64,000 nt of DNA, taken from Marsupella aquatica. Lineage: Eukaryota > Plantae > Marchantiophyta. Of the stretch, positions 24,893 through 36,778 are shown piece by piece. Position numbers and translations under genes: made by a program. The stretch lies in the NCBI GenBank assembly GCA_973895155.1, contig OZ316892.1, forward strand, positions 14,252,861 to 14,316,860, read 5' to 3'. The stretch's first letter is position 1; every line of letters begins with the position of its first letter. Under the pieces are notes generated by a model. It was not told where the DNA came from and did not search any database. It saw only the letters and a list, made by a program, of their open reading frames with translations.

Positions 24893-25068
24893 CACTTGGA
24901 CAAACAAGAAATCTCAATCAAAAGGGATGCAATTGTCTTATGTATGGGGTATTACCAGCTTTTATCTAAGCCTATGAGCCACTTGGACAAACAAGAAATG
25001 TCAATCAAAAGGGATGCAATTGTCTTATGTATGGGGTATTACCAGCGTTAATCTAAGCATATGAGCCT
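24893..25068. repeat. Near-perfect ~87-bp tandem duplication
   Basis: cacttggacaaacaagaaat.tcaatcaaaagggatgcaattgtcttatgtatggggtattaccagc.tt.atctaagc.tatgagc x2. Confidence 0.95.
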
Positions 25069-27099
25069 ATCTGTCCAGCATATGTTTGATTTATTTCTCA
25101 AGAAGCAAGTTGGGGAAAATACACTAGAAGGGCCAAACAAAGTACAATGAAGTGAAAGCGAAAGAGCTTCATGACAGAGAGAAAGCAAGTGATGCACGAA
25201 TAGTTTGCCAATATTCATCCTTGCCATTTAGCGTTGACAAAGATTAACCTCCAAGTTCCGTGAAGGCCTGAATAGGACCTTGAGACCCTGATTTTCAGTA
25301 ATGCAAATAGATCCACCAGATCCATAGATCCGACTAGAGCAGCTTATGTTTTGGGAGGATGGGTTTGGTAATATTACAATAACAATGACCCGGCTTTTTA
25401 GTTTACTGTGAAAGTACAGTCTTGATTGACTTCCCTGGTTTTTACCTGAACCTGGTAACTTCGTTGAGCAGTAGTGCTATTATAATATAGTTGACACATA
25501 CTTTAGCTAACTTGAAGTATTAGTTGTCGCTCCTTGGGGATTCTGCCGGCCTATACATTTCTTGCACCTCCATCTCTTTGTGCCTCCCCCACCCCAACCT
25601 GAACGGTAGTTTCGACCTCCTTTACGTTGTGTGAGGTTGTTTCCAAGGCGAAAATACATACGCCATTATAGCTGGTCCGTTCTAATACACAACTATTTTG
25701 TCTTACACCAGAAGTAACTAAATTAAGGTACTCCCCACTTTCCAAGACTGATATCTTCATGAGCCTCCTTAAAATCGATTAGTAGGTGTTCAAGAGACAT
25801 AAAACTGGGAAGATCTTGGTCCACAAAATGTCAATCGCTCCATGTCTTACCGTCAATGAACGGAGCATTGTTCTAATACGTTAAAATTTTACACTTATTC
25901 AAAAAGTTTCTGAAAGCTGTGTCATAGCATCATATATCTAAATATAATAATATAATAATCTGTATATAAAGTAATGTCGATTTTTTAACAGTGAACAGAG
26001 TGAGAATTAAGGGCAGGACAGGGGTTGCGGGTGATGGGAGAGTCATAAACACTATAATCTCAATCTAAATATGTTATCAAGAATTATGGGCACACCAGCA
26101 TTGTGTAATGCACTGGAATGTAGAGGACTCCAGTCAGGACTGTGAAGTCAAGGGCCCAACACACGCCCTCAGCAGCCTTCTATTCCTACAGGGTGTCGGA
26201 AGGAGGGCAGAGAAATAAATGATAAAAAAACATATATGACGATTCAATTAGTCTGAAAATGGAAATACTAAAATACTTATGGGGGTTCAATTACTTTGAA
26301 ACTGGAAAGAAAACAAAGAGAGCCATCATAGGCGGGGGCTAAAATTAAAATAACATCCAAACACAATTGACCTTGAGAGGCTGAAACAGAGATGTGCATT
26401 AAGGGGACTAAAAAAAAACTCATTCACCATGTTGGATTAATGTGTGCGGGTTGAAGCAAGATCCCTTGTTCCAGTTCACTTTTTATCATGCGTTTAGGTA
26501 ACAACAGGTTCATCCTACTTTTGGGGGTGTTTCAATTGGTTCAATTCAAAATTTCAGCCCATATCCTACGCCAGTTTACTCACGTTGTGCTAAGTCTAAG
26601 CACATTCAATACCCTACAGCAGCCAAAGTTGGCCTTGCCCTTTGAAATTTTCACCGACTTCCTGACCAATAAGCAAACCACATGGACTCGTCAGTAAATA
26701 GACAACCTACTGTAGGACACAGAATGGTAGAGTGGTATTGCAAACTAATCTACTTGACATGCCCCAACAGACAGATCCCCAAAAATTTCAGAAAACATCA
26801 ATCGTTTATTTGGATCATTTGTCCTCTGGCCTTTGCTGCCGCCATTGTTGTTACTTAACAAGTTAGCACCTAACGTTGCTGTTAGGTGGTTATAGGATGT
26901 CAATCCACCGGTCTTTGGATCTGCTCAGCCTGCTCAAGGAGAGATTGTAAGCGGAGACATTTTAAGCGATCAACAAGACAATGTTGCCATTTTTGCTAAG
27001 AAGGCAGAGCTAGTTGCTAAGTGAGAAAAGTTACTGAAGTATAAAAAAGTTGTTGCTTTTTCATCATGAAGGCAAATCTGAGAGGTCCTCTTGTTTCTT

Positions 27100-28950
27100 G
27101 TACAAACTCTAGTGTACTAACTACAGTACAAAGAGCTATGATTGGGAGTAGTTGAAAGTTTTGTTTGCCACAACGCCACAAAGAACAATGTCAAACTTAT
27201 GTAACCAAGGAGAAAGTTCAACAACTTCAAGATGGAGGATTGGAGGTATATGTTTAATGGACCCCCTCTGGACTGTTTCTTACTTAATCAACCCCCTATG
27301 TTCAGATCTGCCCCAATCGACCCCCTCTAACAATTTATTACATATAGTTCTTGGGAAGAGTAGTATAAGGAGACTTTACCAAGGTGAGCTCTAATTTTCT
27401 ATCATATGAGCCCATGGTCTCGTCCGTGGTATGCTGCAATTATGTTGAGATAAGAGTCAGCCAACAATCCACGCGTGAAAAGATCAAATGACACCGGATG
27501 CAGTTGTGGATATTTCTGTGTTTGAAGACAAAACTAGTACGGTCTTCAAAATTTAGGGGTCTCCAACGGGGTCTCCATTTGTCTGAAGTTTAGAGGTAAT
27601 AAAACTGGGCTGCTATCTCCATAATGTTCATATATATAGTTGTTTTGTTGAGAATTTTTATCAGTGCATTCCACTAGAGACAAATCTATGTTTGGATCTC
27701 ACTCACACAAAATGCTTTCCTGGATTTCTTTGACACAGATTAATTTGCTAAATTGGCACACTTGCGTTCAGAAAGTATTAAAATGTTCTCAAAATGTTTC
27801 CAATCTTTATACCGCAAGACCATTATGACAGCCAAGAATCCAAACACTTCTAAAATTCTCCAAAATCCTTGAAGTGTTTGCTGTTTTGAATTTGAGTTGC
27901 CTTTGCTTCCATTTCAAGCAATTGAACTAAGACACTTTGCATTATGTACTCTCAACAAAGTGTATTCACTAGAATAAACATATCAACAACAATTGATGAC
28001 AACATCAAATTCTTACACACTTTCTTATAGGCTTTCCCATCAGTTATCCTGGCCACATCCTAAACCCATGTGCAATTGCGTCTTGTTTTTCGGCATGCTC
28101 AATCTTGTAGTGATATAATGTCACATTAAAGCATGTCCACTTCAAATAGATCCCCTCTATGCCAGAGATGCACAACGACATCAAAATCTCCAACATTGAT
28201 ATCCCTAAGTGTACCACACACCACTACAATGTCATCTAGATTGCATGCAAACTCTAACTAAAAGAGACTCAGCTTCCCAATAATCCCCAATACAATAGAT
28301 TCCCCCAAACCTCATGACCAACAAAAGTCATCATGACAGAATGTGAAACAATGAACATTTGGACCAAGTTATGTGAGGACAATTCAATAATGAACATCTG
28401 AAGACATAACATGTATTTTCTTCACATCATTCTGAAATCCTTGATCGTCGCCGTCGCGGCGCGGCCGACCCTAAATGAAGCATTTGACGGTTTGGTGAAG
28501 TCGTTTGCACCCACGAACAGGTTCAGGTAGAGTGCAATTGCAATACACCGCATGTCATGAACCATAAACTATCATAGGGGGTTGATTGGGTAACAAACAT
28601 ACTTTGGGGGTCGATTGGGGCAGACTGAACATAGGGGGTCAATTGGGGCAGATTTGAACATAGGGGGTCGATTAAGCAGGAAACAGTCCAAAGGGGGTTC
28701 ATTAAGCATATACCTCGGAGGATTGGGATATATGACAGGAATAGCTTCCTGTGAATAGTTTCATGATAAGTGTTAGCACACTGTCAAATAAATTGGTGGA
28801 GTATGGTGAGATGTCAGGTTCAAATGTTGTAATTGAACCAGTAATCAATGCTCTTCCGTCATCATACGACTCATTCACCAGACTTGCAGCAAACAAGACT
28901 ACACTGTCAATTCTCAAATAGCTGATTGGCACGCTATAGCTTGAAAAAGC
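27100..28950 (+). mobile_element. Ty1/copia gag (UBN2-like) remnant interrupted by a DNA transposon
   Basis: Left of the insertion: W.*LKVLF....RRKFNNFKMED. Right of it: PVNSFMISVSTLSNKLVEYGE...VIEPVINALPSSYDSF...LSILK*LIGTL*LEK. Together these give the typical copia gag motif order, with stops and frameshifts. Confidence 0.7.
27243..28716. mobile_element. Non-autonomous Mutator-like element (MULE), 1474 bp
   Basis: The ~80-bp TIRs (gaggtatatg.ttaatg.accccct.tggactgtttc.t.cttaatc.accccctatgttca.atctgccccaat.gacccc) are flanked by a perfect 9-bp TSD ggaggattg (27234-27242 and 28717-28725). A 9-bp TSD with long G-starting TIRs is characteristic of the Mutator superfamily. No intact transposase is present. 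Confidence 0.9.
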
Positions 28951-29229
28951 CTACTAATTAACATCAAGAAAAATTTGTTGATGAGGCTCTAGTCTTACAA
29001 TACAGAAGTACTTACAAAATCAAAGGTTCTAGAGATAGAAATTGCTTTTAGCAACAAGGACCAAGGTCTCAATATGTTGGAGGTATGCCACCATTCTTGA
29101 GACTGCAGAGCACATGCTCCAGTTCCTCTCCACTAAGAACACCAAACATTGAGAAGAAAGCTTTGCTTTCAGTACTAGGCCTTGATAATCATTTGGACAA
29201 TCTAGGTTGCCCAGAGTAATGAGCACCCT

Positions 29230-30130
29230 TGCCGCACTCTAGAATCTGATCATGGTGGGTAGTCAGAAATATTCGGAATGTGACTTGCAGAACGTGATGT
29301 GCATGGGGAAATGAGGTGACAGACATTTACCTGTGATTGTTTTCTTTTTGAGGTAGACTCCCCCTTCTTTGGAGCTCAAGTTCTCTAGAACTTTGTTACT
29401 TGGGACATCCTTCCACCGGCGCTTGTCTTCAGGCCCAAAGCAAAAATTGTACCAAGTCACCGTCTTCTCAAGAGGCTCACATCGATTTATCTTTTGCTCG
29501 TGGGATTTGCGTACAAAGAATTGTGTATGAAAACCTCCCCTCGTGTTTTCTCCCTAGATAATTATCATTCAACCGTGTTTTATCCCTAGATAAAGTCATT
29601 CAACCGGTTCTTAGGAATCCACTCAAAGTCTTCCCTTGTCCCAAACCACTGCAATTTTGTAGCATCAAATTCACCAAGCGGAGTATATTTAATTCTGTCA
29701 CACTTATTATTCTCATGAAAGCACTTCTTTAGTTGCAGAATATCCACGTTTGATTTTTCATTTCACTAAACTTACTTTGCAAAGTCTCCATCGTCGGAAA
29801 GCACTTGTCATGTTCTAAATTCTCCTTGTCCCTTTCTAAAATCTCCTTCTCCCATTCTAAATTCCACTCAGTGGACTCCAAGTGTTTAAACGGTGGTTCT
29901 TGAACGTTGTTGTTCATTGCATCTCGGAAGACCTGCATCCTCTCTTGCAGGTCTGCCAAAGTCATTGGCCCTGTAGTTGAAGCTTGTTCCTGGAATGTAG
30001 CTCTTGTTGGCAACAAATTTGTGACGTAAAGTGCACTAGGCCCCCTGCGCAAAGGACCCTGACACTTTTTGATGTCATCCCGATGGAGCTCACCAGCTGC
30101 CATTGCAAGAGCTTGCAGGTTGGGATCGAG
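29230..30130 (-). pseudogene. Disrupted coding-like segment of unknown origin inside the TE nest
   Basis: Protein-like frames (MAAGELHRDDIKKCQGPLRRG...EWNLEWEKEILERDKENLEHDKCFPT..., then ...TWYNFCFGPEDKRRWKDVPSNKVLENL) are broken by stops and a ~32-bp internal duplication at ~29543-29605. No family was recognised. Confidence 0.35.
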
Positions 30131-32089
30131 CACTGCACACACCATGCAATTGCTCGTGCAAAGCACAATAACACTCACAAATGTAGAGGAAGTTTGCTCC
30201 CACACAAGTGCACACCATCGCGCCCTCATTTTGAATATGTACAAGTATTTCTCTATGTGTATTTTACTAAATTGATGTGACGGGAGGCGCGACGGGAAGG
30301 TTGAGGCCTTTCTTGACAGCCATGGCCTATGAGGCGTGGGCTGGAGGGCCTCGCGCCAGCAGAGGTGCAAGGGCTTGCCTGCAAGGTGTCCCTGTTGGGG
30401 CAGGCAACGTGGCAGCCTAAATTGCTTGAAACCACATGTTGCCCTTCTAATCACATTAGCATACGATTAGGGGCATTAATGTGCATCAAGATTGAGTCTC
30501 GTGCTTAATCTTAGTCTTCAATATCTTGATGGTGAAATAAAGAAGGTCAATGTTATTGTACTTTATGTATTGTCTTAATTTGCAACATAAACTTGTGACA
30601 ATAGAAGCACTACTGAGGAGGGAATCATAGGAATGTTTGACTCAAAGAAATGTATTCTACTCTCCCACCGAGAGAACAAGTTTGTTGCAACTGGATCTAA
30701 AATTCCCCAGACTAAACTCTGCCTTATTGATCAAAAAGGTACTATAGATAAACAACCTCCTATTTATTCTGCATCTATTGATCTCTCCCCAGTCAAAAAA
30801 ACTGTGCCAAGATTTTACCATCTCTATATAAGCAAACTATACAACTTTCACCTTTAATTAGTTCATGGACCCCTTGGCTAATAAAATCAGGGGGAAGAGT
30901 CGATCTGAGCCGTCTCCATTTCTTATCTCCGGAAATCTCATCCGTCCATCATAATGGCCAATCTATGGCTCAAAAGAAATATCTCAAATAGATCTATGGA
31001 TGGGTTTTGTCTGTTTTGCAAATGGGATAATATTTTTCAAATGAAAAATTAAACAAATCCAAGCCTTCCTAGCCGTCGATTTTGTTGATTTTGTGATCTT
31101 TGCCGTCCATTTTGTAATGCTTCTAGAAATCTTATTCATCCACTTTAGAAGGCGATCTAGGGTGCAAAAGAAAGATCTCAATGAGATCTACGACTGGGTA
31201 TTTTTTGTTTTGAGAATGAGTAAATAGTTTTGAGTATAAAATTTGATGAACTTTCAAGATTCCAGCCATTCCTCCTCCTCGATCCTGGGTTTCTATGTGC
31301 TCTTCCCAACATTAATGGTTGTACAATACGAGAGGTCCTTACATACCGGGAGTTGTGGTTTAACAAGGAAGTTATCAAGTTAGTTATTAGTCATTATTTA
31401 TTATATGAAAAATATTTTTTATAAATCTTTGAATTTAAGTTTTAAAATTGGAAATGTAACTAAAACGGTTACATAGTGACAGTTTTAACCTTCTTGCTCT
31501 TTGCATTTCCAATGTTTTTACGGCACGACGCCCCAAAATTTACACCCAAATTGACACAAACACGAATGAAAACTATAAGTTTGATTCACAAAACCGACGA
31601 GTCTTGTTTGTTGCGGTTGTTGTTGACGTGGCACGCTGTGGTGCCAGGAATTTTGGAAGGGACCTCTAGTGGGGTCCGAAACTATGATTTGCATGTCAAA
31701 TATGAGAAAATAATATTTTCCCAAAAATATTTTGGACAGATTCAATCTGCATCTGTACCATACGGACATCCATCTCAGCAAGCTAGGTCAATTGAGATTC
31801 ACAATGCTCTACTATATGGACATTCATTGGATAGGGTAGAAAATATGAAATTTTACTTTGGGGTTATTGCAATTTTTATAAAGGTATTTTGGGTCAATAA
31901 GCCCATCTTGGAGAGGCTAGCCAACATTGAGTTCATTTCAGCTTCTAATCTCAAATACACCAGGGTTTAGGGGGAGGTTTAGGGTACTAACTCGTGTAAA
32001 TCAATGATTGATATAAATGATTACTCATTGATAATTGACAAATGTGTCCACCTCAAGAGTTTGGCATGGAAGCTTGAGATCCTTGCCCA

Positions 32090-32820
32090 GCACTAATGAA
32101 TATTGATTGCAACTTGACTTCAAATATGGGTTGAGATAAGATTGATGCTACCTTATACAAGAAGATAGTCAACATGTTGATTTACCTTGCCAATAATCAA
32201 GCAAATATCAATTATATAGCCTGGTGTGGACAGCAGATTTATAATTGAACCCCAGTGTCTCATGTGAATGCATTCCACCACATATTGAGATATTTAGTAA
32301 ATAATGGAACAAAACTGTCAACTTTGGTATTTTGTTTCAAAGTGGCCGGCAGTATTGTTCATGGATATTCAGATGCCAATTGGATAGGAGATCAAGAACA
32401 TGCACCAATCAACTGGAAGTCCAAGCGGGGGTCCAAGCAACAATCCACTTGTATTGCCTTGACTTCCATTGAGGCAGAATACAAAAACTTTGTTTGAGGG
32501 TGTCAAAGACCTCACCTAATTGAACATTTTACTCAAAGCTGGAATTAAGGTTCAATGACAGTGAATCCACAAAGCTCGTTTGTGACAACACCAGCACACT
32601 CAAGCTAGCATAGAGTCCAATAAATATTTCATGTACTAGTAACAAAGTACGTAGAGGTCCATTTTCACTTTGCACAAGATTTGGTACAAAACCTTGTGTT
32701 TTTGAGGATAAGATATATTACTATTGGAGAGCAGGTTGCCTACATGTTTACAAAACCCCTTGGTAAAGTTAATTTCCTAGAACTTAGAGAAAAACTTGGC
32801 TTCATATGTTTGTCTACAAT
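32090..32820 (+). mobile_element. Ty1/copia reverse transcriptase C-terminus and RNase H remnant
   Basis: Decayed frames DATLYKKIV.MLIYL..., HILRYL, GYSDANWIGD, PINWKSK, IALTS.EAEY, CDNTS.LKLA, KYVEVHFHF, EQVA.MFTKPLGK..F..LREKLG follow the classic copia RT/RNase H motif series. Confidence 0.9.
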
Positions 32821-34160
32821 CTGAAATGTCACCTTTTCCCATCACATTTTAGTCATCAAGTGACAACTGGAACCCTTATTCTATTTTGTATATATATAAC
32901 GTAGTTTACAATGTTTTCTTTGAGAACATGCAATTGAGCACTCAATTGAATCCTCTTTGTGGTTGTGATGTAATTATCTAATCCAACCATTTACTCTTGT
33001 GTATCTTTCTTCTAGCACTACCTAGGCATTTGTATCTTTGCTCCCACGACTTTTAAACCCTGGCTGGTGCATGATCTATTTACACAATCTCTAAGGCATG
33101 CCACTACTCTAGCGTTGCATCCACTACTTGTCTCCAACTTGTGCATACATACTTGACAGAGGCCCCAAAAGTTGCTGGGTTTGATTCTTGGGTACCTTTG
33201 GCCATATCTTCGTCTACACAAATATATTCAGAAGATTGGACAACAAGTGATTGACAATGGCATTTCTCTCATCTGCTCTTAGAGATTGATACATCATTAA
33301 TAGTGACTTGGCTCATGCAGGCAAGTTTTAGATTTGTTGACAACCCATCACTTGTACCAAGGTTCTGTCAGTCTCTCTATGTCACATCAATTGACGGTCT
33401 CTTTCTTGTGAAGCACGGCCCAAAAGTCTGCTACTTCTCTGACTATTCTCAGCAGGATTGTCTTACATTTTTGCATTACACGGGATTACATATGTGTCAT
33501 ATAATTAGAGATCTGTGCTTGAAGATCACACATTTATGAGGGGAGCCAAATACATTCAAAATACTCTAAGTTCACTAAACTTAAAAGAGGTCCAAAAGTA
33601 AATTCAAAATCAAATTAATACAAATGATTCACCTAGTTAAGGCAAATAAAAATAAAAATACTGAACATAAAATTTCAATAAGACAAAATCTGAAAAGTGG
33701 ATTGATCATATAGTATAGTAGCTTCATAATTGATTCTGGCCTTCATGCCTGAACTCAAGACATGTAGTTCAAACAACCACTTTCAAACTAGACAGTTCCT
33801 TTCAAATTACATTGTTCACCTTAATTGGTCTTAAAATTAGTGTTTGTCCCTAATTAATGCTTGAATAGAAAATAACATTCTGGTGGGTTTGGGGGGCTAA
33901 GGCTATATCTGGTTGGAACTCCACAAAAGAGAGCAATTCATATTTGGGAAGTACTTCTTATGATTTGTGCTGTTTGGCAAGTAGTGTAACCTTGTTAAGT
34001 CTCTGTTCCCTAGCTTTATCTAGTGATCTTCTCATGGAAGCAATTATCTCGGAACACTCCATTGCTTGAATGAAACATTCTTGTGTGAAATATGACTCCC
34101 TTCATTGTTTCAATTGATTTTTCTTGGGGGTTAGGTAACTCTCCAAATAGGTTTATGCAC

Positions 34161-34983
34161 ACCGCGCGTTAAATCTACACCGCATTAATGCTCCCCGATC
34201 TTCTTGGGACCCCGTACACTGCCCGTCCCAGTCCCCAATGTTGCTGCCCGCTCCGGCCAGAATTTGCCAGAACATAAATTAATACTCTACCATTTTGTCA
34301 CCTGCTCCGGCTCGAACAACTTTGTGCCATCGACTTTGAGTTTATGTTCTAGCATCTTTCACTTGTTTTCGCCCGCTCCGGCCCAAGTCCCCATTGTTGT
34401 TGCTTGCTCCGGCCCAAGTTTGCCATAACATAAACAATACTCTATCATTAATCATGACTCTTATCCAAAGTACTGCCTGAACACTTAGACTCTATTATGA
34501 AACAAAGATGACTCCATTGGAAAGAAGTGCTGCCAAAACATGAACCACGACTCCATAGAGAAGAAACATTTGGCAGAACAGCAACCAAGACTCTATCAAT
34601 CATGATTCCTAACCAAAGTACTAGGCTGTACTTCAACACTTAGACTTTGTTACGAAGCAAGCACGACTCCCTAACAGGGCATGACTTTGTTGGACAAAAA
34701 TGTTGCCAGAACATAAACCACAACTCCACAAGGAAGAAGTTGATGGCACAAAGTTGATAGGCCTGGAGCGAGCGACAAAAGGTGAAGGGTGCCAAAACAT
34801 AAACCTAAAGTCAATGGCACAATGTTAATCGGGCTGGAGCGGGTGAAAAAATGATAGAATATTAGTTTATGTTCTGGAAAACTTGGGCCGGAGTGGGCAG
34901 CAACATCGGGGACTGGGACGGGCAGTGTACCGGGCCCCAGGACGATCAGGGAGCATTGACATGGTGTAGATTTAGCGCGCGAT
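34161..34983. mobile_element. Foldback/MITE-like element with ~225-bp inverted arms and a 9-bp TSD (Mutator-like)
   Basis: 34161-~34385 is the reverse complement of ~34760-34983 (a.cgcgcg.taaatctacacc...gtacactgcccgtcccagtcccc.atgttgctgccc.ctccggcc...). Flanks are tttatgcac (34152-34160) and ttcatgcac (34984-34992), an 8/9 match. An internal direct repeat lies at ~34453 and ~34601. Confidence 0.85.
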
Positions 34984-35054
34984 TTCATGCACAACTTGAA
35001 TTAGTGTTACCCTTCCTCTCCAAGTAACAATACGGACAAACATCTTTTGATTAT

Positions 35055-35247
35055 TTTGCTACTAGAGATATTCTAATTCACAAGAATGCCACTGTTTTTT
35101 CTGTATTTATAAAAATGTCACTGTTTTATAAACGGATAACAAGTTTACCAAAGTAACTAAGGGAACTATATATGAAAACTGTGACATCTTTGTAAATATG
35201 AAAAAAATAGTGACAATATTATAAATTCAAAAATCTTTAGTGACAAT
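35055..35247. repeat. AT-rich imperfect inverted repeat (old MITE-like hairpin)
   Basis: ~35055-35128 pairs with ~35170-35247 (tg...cta.agat.tt..aatt.a.aa.a.tg.cact.tttttt...tattta.aaa.atgtcac.gtttt). No TSD was resolved. Confidence 0.65.
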
Positions 35248-36778
35248 GTACTTAAAGCTATATGGAAAAATTGAATTAGTATAACACTCATGTTACTTAA
35301 TGCGTGCACCACTATTTAGTCCATGGTAACATTGTTGATTGATGAGTAACCCCAAAAACTTAGGGTAAGCAAATAGTGTTATCAAAGCTAATTGCAGTGA
35401 ACAGTGCGGACAACCCTTTTCAAACTAGCCAATTGTTTTCCATGGTTCATTTTTGAATTGCCTCCTGACCCTTAGGAAGCGAAACTCTTGCTCGGCAAAA
35501 AAGTGCCAAAAACTGACATTGTGCAAGGGAGGGGTCGCCAGTCCATGTCCATAAGGGAATTGGCTTTCGCAAAAGGCCTACCTCCCCAATTCCTTACAAG
35601 AACGCTGAGGTAGACCCTTGACCAGTGGAATCGACGGCGATGTGAGCACGTCGGCCCTGCGTCACGTGATGCCATCGTCCCTCACAGGAGGACTTGAATC
35701 CCAGCTGCAATCCTGTGCAGCAGGCAAATAATGCGAGTCGAGTATGTCAGAGCTGGCGATGGTCATTTGGTGGTTCCCAAACCGAGCTGGCCGGAGGATA
35801 GACTGATGGATGGATCTCTATCGCCGCCATTTCAGTCCCCAGTAGCCACTGCGGGTGGAAAAATTAATGAGAACGAATGGATTCCATCAATGCCTGACGG
35901 AGAAATTGAATGACTTACGACTCAGTACCCACTCGTTTGAATCTATTAATTATGCCGGCGTACGTGAGTTCTCAGCGTGTGGTGATGACGGCGGGGAGAA
36001 TTTCACGGTCTGAGGAGTATCGTCTGCGGGACGATGCATTTCATATTGACGATCGGCTGAGGACGTCGAGGGCTTTAGGCGGGCGGAGTAGAGTATAGAA
36101 GATTCATTCATGCTAGTCCGCAGCGCAAATCGTTTGAGTCATATACTCATATGTCCTAGGTGAAGTGCTGCATTCCTACAAAGCCGTTGATGAACATGCC
36201 ATTTGTGCCACATTCTGGAGCAGCAAATCCTTTTTAGTGCAGTTGAAGCGTTCCTCAACGTTTTGAAGGACACTCGCTTAGGAGCATTGAACTTGTTTTG
36301 ATCGATTTCATCCGTTGGTCCGGGGTAGAGTGGTTTCAGCAGAAGATGCTGGTGTCAATGGTGGAGCGCATTCGGTCGAGCTTTTCTTAAGTGTAGACAA
36401 TGGATATTTACATGTCGTCCTGGCATTTGCATTTCACTGGGAAACGTAGCCCCAAATTGTGTTTCTCGAGCGAAACATAGAACTGCATCTGTAGTCATAC
36501 TGCATGCGATCTCTGAGCGTTTAAGTACGGTAAATGTCACTGCCTCTAACGGGTTGTTTGATCACTCTAGCGTTCTGCGCCAGCTGTTTGGGTTTACCGG
36601 TGTGCTTCTGCACTTCCCAATTACCACGTACGATTTTGCAGCCTCCTTGCTACTCTCACGCTTAACCTGGCAAGCTTTTCACAGCACCCAAGTAACATTC
36701 TTGTACACCTCTTGTCTGTGGTGTCCTATTTGCCGATCGAGGTCTGGTCTTCTGCATACGGGGGACGACTAGGGAATT

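Noticed and set aside
30039-30066. ggccccctgcgcaaaggaccctgacac resembles U6 snRNA (ggcccctgcgcaaggatgacac)
   Set aside because: It needs several indels, and there is no ACAGAGA box, 5' stem or other U6 sequence nearby. Treated as coincidence.
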